Below, one piece after another: positions 21,650 to 30,120 of a stretch of 64,000 nucleotides of DNA. The position numbers were made by a program, and so were the translations under genes. Origin of the DNA: Candidatus Hydrogenedentota bacterium (GTDB lineage Bacteria; Hydrogenedentota; Hydrogenedentia; Hydrogenedentales; SLHB01); the NCBI GenBank assembly GCA_963745075.1, contig CAVUWV010000009.1, positions 64,001 to 128,000 of the forward strand, given 5' to 3'. Positions within the stretch are counted from its first letter, which is position 1, and every line of letters begins with the position of its first letter. Under the pieces are notes generated by a model that saw only the letters and a program-made list of their open reading frames with translations, was not told the origin of the DNA and made no database searches.

Positions 21650-21720
21650 CAGACTCTCCTTAACCAAGTGCAACTTCCGGCAGCATGGCGTTTCGTTTGT
21701 CAAAAGCCGCTCGGCCAAAA

Positions 21721-21903
21721 GAACATCCCCCTTGATCCCCCTTCAAAGGGGGAGTTGTGCTTAACACCATTTATAGGTAATGGCGTGTGCAACCCACTGA
21801 AGCGACGACCCCGGATTTCCCAATTCGCGCCGCGAAGTGGGAGTCAAAATTCCCCCTTTGAAGGGGGCAGTCACGCCGGCAGCGTGACGAGGGGGATGTT
21901 TCT
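21721..21903. repeat. inverted pair of CCCCCTTTGAAGGGGG palindromic (REP-like) elements
   Basis: GAACATCCCCCTTGATCCCCCTTCAAAGGGGGAG at 21721, inverted against TCCCCCTTTGAAGGGGG-hairpin-GAGGGGGATGTTTC at 21851-21902. Confidence 0.85.
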
Positions 21904-21915
21904 TCTGAATTCCCT

Positions 21916-22740
21916 TCAGCAATGTTGCGAATACGCGTCCTTGATGCGCTCGACAAACGCGGCCTGATCCCCAGCCCAAAACTCCTCCGAAAAGATCTCC
22001 ACCTCATTGTAGCCGGAGAACCCCTGCGCTTCGACCCAGCCGCGAATCTCCGGAATGTTGATGCAGCCTTCACCCATGAGGCCGCGATCGTTCAGGAGAT
22101 CCCGCGTCGGCGTGCGCCAGTCGCATAGATGAAAGGAGAAGATCGAATTGCCCGCACGCCGGATCTGATTCTCCAGGTCCGGGTCCCACCACAGGTGATA
22201 GACATCCACCGTCACCCCGAGGAACGGCGACGCCAACGCCTCGACCATGTCATTGGCCTGGGCCAGCGTGTTCACCGCCGACCTCGAGTCCGCGTACATG
22301 GGATGCAACGGTTCGATGGCCAGCTTCACATGCGACGCCTCGGCGTGGGGGAGCACCTTGGCGATCCCGTCCAGAATCTGTTTCCGCCCCTCCACGAGCG
22401 CCATGCCCGGAATCGCCCCGCACACCAACACCACCAACGGCGCGCCAATCGCGGCCGCTTCGTCAATGGCCTTGCGGTTCATTTCCAACGCCGCCTGCCG
22501 GCGCTCCGCCGTGTCCGCCGGAAAGAACCCCCCGCGACACAGGCTCACCACCTGCAACGCCGAATCCCGCAGCATCTTCCCGGCCTCTTCCGCGCCGTAC
22601 GGTTCCAGATGCTGCCGCCACACCGTGATCCCCGGCACCCCCGCCTTCTCATACCCCGCAATCGCCTCCCCCAACGACCACGGTTTCGTGGTCATCGTGT
22701 GCAGACAGAGTTTGGAGTGATCGGAAATGGTCGTTGCCAC
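21916..22740 (-). CDS. sugar phosphate isomerase/epimerase (AP endonuclease 2 TIM barrel)
   Basis: LAIEPLHP, VDVYHLWWD, FHLCDW, DRGLMGEG, EVEIFS motifs. Confidence 0.93.
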   Translation of the reverse strand: MATTISDHSKLCLHTMTTKPWSLGEAIAGYEKAGVPGITVWRQHLEPYGAEEAGKMLRDSALQVVSLCRGGFFPADTAERRQAALEMNRKAIDEAAAIGAPLVVLVCGAIPGMALVEGRKQILDGIAKVLPHAEASHVKLAIEPLHPMYADSRSAVNTLAQANDMVEALASPFLGVTVDVYHLWWDPDLENQIRRAGNSIFSFHLCDWRTPTRDLLNDRGLMGEGCINIPEIRGWVEAQGFSGYNEVEIFSEEFWAGDQAAFVERIKDAYSQHC

Positions 22741-22952
22741 AGTCCCTGACTCCCTTAATTAAACGTTCATCGGCCGATTGCTCGCAAAGCGAGCATCATA
22801 ATCCTATCGGAGCGGGTATGGGTAAACCCTATTCCTAGGAAAACTGCGCACGCGACGTAACTTATTACGCACAAATCCCTTACGCGAGTAAAGGCTGGCA
22901 CGACGTAACGCGGATTGTCAAGTTCCAACAAGGGACAGCCAAGCGGGATCAA

Positions 22953-23077
22953 TGGGAGCGCCAGGCACCAGCCTGGCGGGTTTCGGAGTGTCTACCGACG
23001 GCAATGTATTGACTTCGCCTTCACGGCCCAGGTGGCGTTGCTCCGAAGCTTCGCCAGGCTGGTGCCAGGCGCTCCCA
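22953..23077. repeat. REPIN-like inverted repeat pair
   Basis: TGGGAGCGCCAGGCACCAGCCTGGCGGGTTTCGGAG (22953-22988) is nearly the reverse complement of CTCCGAAGCTTCGCCAGGCTGGTGCCAGGCGCTCCCA (23041-23077). Confidence 0.8.
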
Positions 23078-23238
23078 GTGATGACAGAACCCCGGTCTTC
23101 GTGAAGTGATGTACGGGCGATTGCCCTGAAGTTCCAACCACCTTGCCGGTTTCGCCACTCCGTGATATGCTTGGGGTACGCCACAGACGAATGGCTAGGG
23201 GCAAGTATGAACGTGTGTCCGAGATAGAGGGGGCAATC

Positions 23239-24132
23239 ATGCGACTTTTCGTTACTGTAGTTCTCGCCGTTGGGTTGCTCGCGGGGCGCGTGCATGGGCA
23301 GGTTTTGGACTCGGATGCTGCTTACATTTCGTCGTTAGTTGAACAGGCAAAAAAAGGTGACGCAAATGCTCAAGCAACCCTTGGCATTGCTTACGACTTC
23401 GGTCAGCGTGTTCCCGAAGACGACCGAGAAGCCGTGAAGTGGTACCGCAAGGCCGCCGAGCAAGATTACCTCCCTGCGCAATACTTCCTCGGCTGTGCGT
23501 ACGCCAGCGGTGAGGGTGTTCCCGAAGACGACCGAGAAGCCGTGAAGTGGTACCGCAAGGCCGCCGAGCAAGGCTTCGCCCCAGCGCAAGACAACCTTGG
23601 CGCTGCCTACGCCAGCGGTGAGGGTGTTCCCGAAGACGACCGAGAAGCCGTGAAGTGGTACCGCAAGGCCGCCGAGCAAGGCAACGCTTCAGCGCAATAC
23701 AACCTTGGCGGTGCGTACGCCAGCGGTGAAGGTGTTCCTAAAGACGACCGAGAAGCCGTCAAGTGGTACCGCAAGTCCGCCGAGCAAGGTGACGCCCCAG
23801 CGCAAGACATGCTTGGCTTCGCATACGACCTCGGTGAGGGTGTTCCCGAAGACGACCGAGAAGCCGTCAAGTGGTACCGCAAGTCCGCCGAGCAAGGCTT
23901 CGTTCCTGCGCAATTCCACCTTGGCCATGCGTACGCCAAGGGTGAAGGTGTTCCCACCGACTACGTACAGGCTTACATGTGGTTGAACTTGGCCGCTGCC
24001 CAAGGACATGAAGACGCGCAAAAGAATAAGGAACTCGTATCTCAGAAAATGACCCCCGAGCAAATAGCCGAAGCCCAAGCCAAGTCCGCCGAATGGTGGG
24101 CCAAGCACAATGAGCAAGCGGCCAATGAGTAG
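23239..24132 (+). CDS. secreted Sel1-like repeat protein
   Basis: Signal peptide MRLFVTVVLAVGLLAG; six 36-aa SLR repeats (AQ.NLG..Y..GEGVPEDDREAVKWYRKAAEQG). Confidence 0.95.
   Translation: MRLFVTVVLAVGLLAGRVHGQVLDSDAAYISSLVEQAKKGDANAQATLGIAYDFGQRVPEDDREAVKWYRKAAEQDYLPAQYFLGCAYASGEGVPEDDREAVKWYRKAAEQGFAPAQDNLGAAYASGEGVPEDDREAVKWYRKAAEQGNASAQYNLGGAYASGEGVPKDDREAVKWYRKSAEQGDAPAQDMLGFAYDLGEGVPEDDREAVKWYRKSAEQGFVPAQFHLGHAYAKGEGVPTDYVQAYMWLNLAAAQGHEDAQKNKELVSQKMTPEQIAEAQAKSAEWWAKHNEQAANE
23410..23960 (+). repeat. 108-bp coding tandem repeat (SLR units)
   Basis: GTTCCCGAAGACGACCGAGAAGCCGT..AAGTGGTACCGCAAG recurs at 23410, 23518, 23626, 23734 and 23842, with a diverged copy at 23950. Confidence 0.9.
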
Positions 24133-24186
24133 GTTTCGTGAGGATTAGGAGCGATGCGCATGGGCCGCGACCTATAGGGGGCAACA

Positions 24187-25074
24187 ATGGCAGATTCTCA
24201 GATTAGGCTAGCGTGCCCTCACTGCGGCAAGCCGTTGAGCGTTCCATCAGAATTTGGCGGGCAACCTGGACGTTGCCGTAACTGTCAACGCATTTTTCAA
24301 TTTCCGCCATCTATACCCATCGTTGCGCATGCCCCGAAGTCAACCGCACTCTAGCCCTGACCGCGTTGTGGTCAGGCATTGCAAATCTACTCTGCTTCGC
24401 CCGTCTACTCTCTCCACTGCCCATCGTAACTGGCCACATAGCCTTGAGTAAGAACCCCAAGTCTAAGTACGACACTTCTTCAAATCGAAAGATGGCGGGG
24501 ATTGGTCTTGCACTAGGCTACATCGGAGCATGTCTCTTTATTGTCTTCATAAGTGGCATCACTGATTCTCAACACAGATTGGCTTCGGGCCTTGACCAAG
24601 CACGCGCCACACCGACGGCACCTAAACGGCAACCGACGACACCCAGCGAGACGAATGAAATACCTACGCCAGCTTTGGGAACGGTGGAATGGCTAGAACT
24701 CGAAATCAAGCACGCCTTGCGTACCTCAAATCGCGATCTTGAGCGGCCGAAAAGAATTGATATACAAGATGGGACCATTACAGTCGTATTCCCAATGAAT
24801 GATAATTTAACAAACGGTCTCATAAAAAGAGGTGCGTACATTGACATTAGGGACACGCTCAAAGCTATACAATCATCCGGCTTTCCCTACACGAGTGTAA
24901 CCCTTGAGAGACCTTTCCTCTTGCAGACAAGTTTGGAAACTCAAGCGAAGAGGTTGTTGTTCGTGTATCTTACTACCGTTCAACGGTGGATAGATCAACT
25001 GGGAGAATTTCTTAACTGACAATGTCATTGCAATCGCCGATTCAGTCTGGACTCACCCCGCAATGAGCAAATGA
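24187..25074 (+). CDS. membrane protein: Zn-ribbon, DUF4190-like TM hairpin and extracellular domain (several indels)
   Basis: MADSQIRLACPHCGK...CRNCQ; GHIALSK...MAGIGLALGYIG; tail reconstructs as TFPLADKFGNSSEEVVVRV...INWENFLTDNVIAIADSVWTHPAMSK with shifts near 24340, 24910 and 24995. Confidence 0.6.
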
Positions 25075-25077
25075 TAA

Positions 25078-25734
25078 TTAACCCCCACCGCATATCTTGC
25101 AGGCTTCATACCCTTGTGCTATTGCCTGCGCTTTCGTGGCGGTCACAATTTGGTTCGCCTTGGTCAACCCTCGACAATCTTGTTTGGCGTGATACTTGTT
25201 GCCGGACTGCGGTGCGATGTAAACCATGCCCGCCTGTGAGGTTGCCGAATACTGTGGAGTTTGCGTGGGGGCACGCTGTTGGTAGCCCGCAGTTGGCGCG
25301 CGCCTTTGGGGCTGCGGAGTCGCCGCTTCGTTCGTGTATTCGGTTACGCTGCTTTCGGCAAGGGCGTCGCCGTCGATGTACCCGTTATAAACACCACCTG
25401 CGCCGTCAGAGATCTGTGCCGAGTACCACGTGGCATCGCCACTTGGTTCTTTGCGCACGCACTGGAAATATCCGTCCGCCGGTATCATCACGGCGGCACT
25501 TCGCGCTGCAGCGTCTTTATTCATTGTCGGATAGAAAGGAGTAGCCTCGCGCACTTGATAGGTTTGTCCGGGCACAAGCGCAAAGGCCGGCGTTGGCGCG
25601 GGAGTAGGCTGCACTGGCGTTGGCAGAGTTGCTGTCGCAGGCGCTGTCGATGCAACGGCTTGCGAGTTCGGTGATTCCGAACCGCACCCCGTGATGAGAA
25701 ACAGAATAGCAAACAATACAAGTGCTGTTCGCAT
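25078..25734 (-). CDS. lipoprotein with Pro/Thr linkers and a C-terminal Cys/His metal-binding domain
   Basis: Lipobox LITGC; C-terminus VYIAPQSGNKYHAKQDCRGL...GYEACKICG. Confidence 0.8.
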   Translation of the reverse strand: MRTALVLFAILFLITGCGSESPNSQAVASTAPATATLPTPVQPTPAPTPAFALVPGQTYQVREATPFYPTMNKDAAARSAAVMIPADGYFQCVRKEPSGDATWYSAQISDGAGGVYNGYIDGDALAESSVTEYTNEAATPQPQRRAPTAGYQQRAPTQTPQYSATSQAGMVYIAPQSGNKYHAKQDCRGLTKANQIVTATKAQAIAQGYEACKICGGG

Positions 25735-25864
25735 GACAGACTACCTTCTCCGTGCGCTTTTGGGTAGTATATCACAACAGTAAGAGTCCGCATCGAACAC
25801 CCGTCTTTCGGGCGAGAAGGTGTGACTCCACGAATCCGACGTAAGCACAAGGTAGTGGCGTACG

Positions 25865-27351
25865 GTGACAGACAAGATCAGATTCAATGCACGAGAGTTG
25901 ATGGAGTTGGCCATCAAGGTTATGCGTCAGTCTGTGCCTGAGCCTCGTACAGATGGCAAAGCAAGTCCAAAAGTGGGTGCGGTCTTGTACAAGCCCGACG
26001 GGACTACGGAAACGGCTTGTCGTGGAGAACTTCGGCATGGCGATCACGCGGAGTTCACGCTTCTCGAGAGGAAGAACCGGGGCAATAAACTGGATGGGTC
26101 GATCCTATTCGCGACGCTGGAGCCCTGCGCCAGCGGAGCGCGAAGCATCCGAAACTGTCATGTGCGGAACGCATTTTCTTGGCCCGCATCAAGGAAGTTT
26201 GGGTCGGTATTCAGGACCCTGACCCTACTGTTGCGCGCAAAGGCATCGGGTATTTAATACGTCAGGGCGTGACGGTCCACATGTTTGACCGGGATCTCCA
26301 GGAGGTCATCGAGAACGAGAACAAGGAGTTCCTCAAGCAGGCGACAGAACGGGCCGCTGAGATTGAAGAGGAACCGAGCAAGACCGCTCTTTCGCCCCTC
26401 GAAGACAAGTTGCCGGCTGCGGAACTCAACGACTTCTCTGAGAACGCTCTGAAAGCATATCGTGATCAAGCACGAATCGCGGAAACAGTCAGTTCCAATG
26501 CGTTCAATCGTCGTCTCCTCCGGCAAGGCCTCCTCAAGAAAGTAAGTGGTGTTTTGGTTCCAACGGGATTCGGATTCCTCCTATTCGGCAGCGAGCCACG
26601 AACGGCATTGCGTCAAGCGGGACTACTCGGGGTCATTCGCTACCCGAATGGTGAAGAAGAGCGCCGCGAATTTGACGAACCGGCCGTGCTGATTCCCGAT
26701 CTCCTGGAAAAATGGCTCAGAGACAAACTCCCAAACGTTTTTGATCGGAACCAGGCACATCGGCAAGACCGTACGGCGTTACCGTTCGAGATGCTCCGCG
26801 AGGCCGTGGCCAACGCGCTCATCCATCGCGACTACAGTATTGACGGTGCCAAATGCCAAATCGTCGTGACTGATGAAGCAGTGACCGTGCAGAGTCCCGG
26901 CGGACCACCACCGCCGATAACTTTGGAACAGCTTCAGGACTTCAGTGCTCCGATGCTGAGCCGCAACCCTGAACTACATTTCGTATTCTCCCGTTTGGGC
27001 ATGGCAGAAGAGCAGGGCCTCGGTCTGGCTTCTCTACGCGACCGAGCAAAGGAACTCGGCCTACCCCTTCCAAGATATAAATGGGACGAACCCTATCTTG
27101 TGCTGACGTTATATCGTTCTCCAGAGGGTGTGACGAAGGCGCTTGGTGAGGACACGCTGGAGGCTCTGAGCAAGTCGGAGCGGAAGGGCTGGCAGTGGCT
27201 TGCCGCGCGCGGCCAGACGAAGTCTCGCGAATATGCTGAAGCTTTAGGGGTGGAGGTTAGGACTGCGCGTCGTCACTTAGGGCATTTTGAAAAGCTTGGG
27301 CTTGTGAGAAAGACCGGTTCCGGTCCTTCCCTGCGGTACGAGGTCAGGTAA
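25865..27351 (+). CDS. CDA/RibD-like Zn deaminase fused to a HATPase_c_4 (RecG C-terminal type) domain and a wHTH (one-base frameshift near 26142)
   Basis: SPKVGAV, HAE, ATLEPC; restoring the frame gives KHPKLSCAERIFLARIKEVWVGIQDPDP; then REAVANALIHRDY, SPGG, SRNP, EEQGLG and a terminal HTH (VRTARRHLGHFEKLGLVRKTGSG). Confidence 0.85.
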
Positions 27352-27360
27352 CGCGTAGGG

Positions 27361-27448
27361 GGACATTCTTTCGGACAGAATGTCCGAAAAATGGTCATTT
27401 CGGCGATGAGAATTAGCTATACGGACATTTATGCGGACAAAATGTCCG
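27361..27448. repeat. two 26-bp direct repeats built of GGACA/TGTCC palindromes
   Basis: GGACATTCTTTCGGACAGAATGTCCG (27361-27386) and GGACATTTATGCGGACAAAATGTCCG (27423-27448). Confidence 0.75.
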
Positions 27449-27555
27449 GGTAAGAACCGAAGATAAGGGTAGGGTGTGATCCTGTGCAAATCCGGGCCGT
27501 GACCTTCCTGTAGCGCTCTGTTGAAAGAGATAAGGTCTCCCCCATGTATTTTCCC

Positions 27556-28646
27556 TCACCCCTTCGCCGCGTCCATCATCGAAATGAACCGCGCGAACAA
27601 ATACCGGCTGTCATGCGGGCCGGGCGACGACTCCGGGTGGTACTGCACGCTGAACACGGGCAGCTTCTTGTGCTCCATGCCTTCCACGGAACCGTCGTTC
27701 AGGTTCGTGTGCGTGACGCTCACTTCCGACGGGTCCAGCGAATCCGCGTCCACCGCGAACCCGTGGTTCTGCGCGCTGATCTCGACTTGGCCTGACGTGT
27801 GGTTCATCACCGGCTGGTTGCCGCCGCGATGGCCGAATTTCAGTTTGAACGTCTTGCCGCCGAAGGCATGGCCCAGAATCTGATGGCCCAGGCAGATGCC
27901 GAAGATCGGTTTCTTGCCGAACAGCCCTTGCACGGTGGGGTAAATGTACGGCAACGCCGCCGGGTCGCCGGGGCCGTTAGACAGGAAGATCCCGTCCGGC
28001 TTCTGGGCCAGCGCTTCCTCCGCCGTGGCCGTAGCCGGCATGACGACAACGCTACACCCCGCCTCCTCCAGCAGCCGCAGGATGTTGTATTTGATGCCGT
28101 AATCGAATGCCACGACCCGGTACTTGCCCTTGAAATTCGGATTCCATTCGTACGGCTCCGTGACGCTCACGGCCTTGACGTAGTCGCTTCCCGCCATGTC
28201 CGGCGAGTCAATCGCCTTCTGGATCAGCGTGTCGTGGTCGAATTCCGTCGTGCTGATGCACCGACTTCTTCGCGCCCTCGGTCCGCAGCATCTTCGTGAT
28301 GCGCCGCGTGTCGACCCCGTCGATGGCGACGATGCCGTGTTCCTTCAGGTATTCGGGCAGCGTCTGCGTCGCGCGCCAGTTGCTCGGTTCGAAACAGCAC
28401 TCCCGCATGACGAAGCCCTCAACGAAAGGGCTTGCGCGACTCCACGTCCTCGGGATTGACGCCATAATTGCCGATGAGCGGGTAGGTCATCGTGACGATT
28501 TGGCCGGCATACGACGGGTCCGTCAGGATTTCCTGATACCCCATCATGCTGGTGTTAAAGACCAGTTCGCCGAAGGATTCGCCTTCCGCGCCGACCGCCC
28601 GGCCCTCAAAAACCGCTCCATTTTCGAGCGCAAGTATCGCTTTCAC
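27556..28646 (-). CDS. carA: carbamoyl-phosphate synthase small subunit (apparent insertions near 28425 and 28258)
   Basis: [56 protein letters not shown] spread over three frames. Confidence 0.95.
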
Positions 28647-28755
28647 AGACTAAATCCTCGCAGTTGGTAAATTCCAGATATCATAGCGGAACGGCGGCAA
28701 AACCTTCAAATGTTCCGGGCGTTCAAAGTATCACCCGGGGTAAATCTGACGAACC

Positions 28756-29157
28756 AAACATCCCCCTCGACGCTTTGCGTCTGCCCCCTTCAAAGGGGGA
28801 TTTCCGCGCCCACGCCTCGCGGGGTGTGACAGTTGATCGGAAACCTGCGAATCGTCCATTTGGCATTGTGCCAACCCAAAGCGCGGATTGGCACGGCTCC
28901 GCCTTTGAAGGCGGAACCGACAAAAGACGCCGCTTTGATTGATGCACTGGGAGAGGAATGCGGACTTGGCCAAGAATCTGCAGGAATGCCAATAGCCTCG
29001 GTCTAGGCGCTCCCCCTTTGAAGGGGGAAACATGTATCCCCGGTTTTTCTGTATCGATTAAAGCAAACGAGCACAAATCCAGTTTTCCGTCGCGGCTAAC
29101 GCGCCGCGAAGCGGCTGCGCAAATTCCCCCTTTGAAGGGGGATCAAGGGGGATGTTC
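28756..29157. repeat. cluster of four CCCCCTTTGAAGGGGG-family palindromic elements
   Basis: Copies at 28756-28803, 28897-28915 (CCGCCTTTGAAGGCGG variant), 29010-29028 and 29121-29157; the last is the reverse complement of the 21721 copy. Confidence 0.85.
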
Positions 29158-29291
29158 TTCCGTCTGGTCCGATCCCGTTGCCACTGATTGGACCAGTCGG
29201 ATCGCAGGCGTTATGATCGAACCCTTGGGGGAATACGGCGTGGGAGCGTCAGCTAACGGGAGAAACGACCGCGATCCTGGGAGGACAGCCC

Positions 29292-29749
29292 ATGATTCGA
29301 CGTTCTGGAAAGCGGCACGGCCGATTGGTTTAAGAATCGCTTGATGGCTATCCGGCCCGACGCGCACCCGAAGTGGGGGAGACTTACCCCCGCCGGACTC
29401 ATGGCCCACCTGCGGTATTCGTTCCAAGTGTCCGCAGGCGAGATCGAGGTCGCGGACACCAGCAATTTCTTCATGCGGACCCTCGGCCGCATGCTGGCCT
29501 TCCACCTGCTCACGAAATGGCCCGGCGGCAAAATCAAAGCCCCGCCCGACTGGACACCCAAAACCCGTCGCCGAATTCGAGGCCGAACGCGAGCAAACCC
29601 TCGCCGCGCTGGACCGCTTCGTCGAAGCCGCCACCCTCGACCCGACCCGCCGCACCGTCAGCCCGCTGCTCGGTCCCATCACGCTCGATTACTGGCAGCA
29701 CGTCCACGGTGTGCACCTGGCTCATCACCTTCGGCAGTTCGGGGTGTAG
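29292..29749 (+). CDS. DUF1569/DinB-like protein (indels near 29295 and 29562)
   Basis: GGAGG RBS; PKWGRLTPAGLMAHL...PLLGPITLDYWQHVHGVHLAHHLRQFGV stop. Confidence 0.8.
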
Positions 29750-29754
29750 TGCGG

Positions 29755-30108
29755 CTAGTCTTTCTCGCGTTCGTGAAGTTCCAGCAGCCGCCCGTCCGGG
29801 TCGCGGAAATAAGCGGACCGTCCCCACGAATACGTGCGCGGTTCGTTCTCGAAGGTTACCCCCTGCGCGCTGAGCGTGGCAGCAACGGTGTCGAGCTCCG
29901 CTACGGGCAGCGCGAAATGATCCTCGAACGGCAGACCGCCTTCTCCTTCCTCCAGAATCGCGTGGATGAGGATTCGCAGCGGTCCCGTCTTGAAAAGCGC
30001 CATACTTGCGTCGTGATGAACGGGAGCGACGTTAAACAGTCGCTCATAAAACGCGGCCATCGCCGCCACGTCGTGGGTGAACAACGTAAGTTCTGTTATC
30101 GCTCGCAC
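29755..30108 (-). CDS. VOC/glyoxalase family protein
   Basis: DVAAMAAFYERLF, YSWGRSAYFRDPDGRLLEL motifs. Confidence 0.92.
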   Translation of the reverse strand: MRAITELTLFTHDVAAMAAFYERLFNVAPVHHDASMALFKTGPLRILIHAILEEGEGGLPFEDHFALPVAELDTVAATLSAQGVTFENEPRTYSWGRSAYFRDPDGRLLELHEREKD

Positions 30109-30120
30109 AACGCCGTCTCC

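Noticed and set aside
23410..23960. CRISPR-like alternation of constant and variable segments
   Set aside because: The period is exactly 108 bp, in frame within a Sel1-repeat ORF; the variable parts are homologous to each other and there are no cas genes.
25865..26257. ribD call for the deaminase ORF
   Set aside because: There is no reductase domain or rib operon, and the frame continues into a HATPase_c_4/HTH module.
26179..27351. recG helicase call
   Set aside because: No Walker A or DExH helicase motifs; only the so-called RecG C-terminal GHKL-like domain is present.
27556..28646. carA as pseudogene or programmed frameshift
   Set aside because: All catalytic motifs are intact, no slippery-site signal is seen, and similar indels are scattered across the window.
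28756..29157. Palindrome cluster as a CRISPR array
   Set aside because: The core is only 16 bp, the first copy is inverted, spacers are about 90 nt and no cas genes are present.
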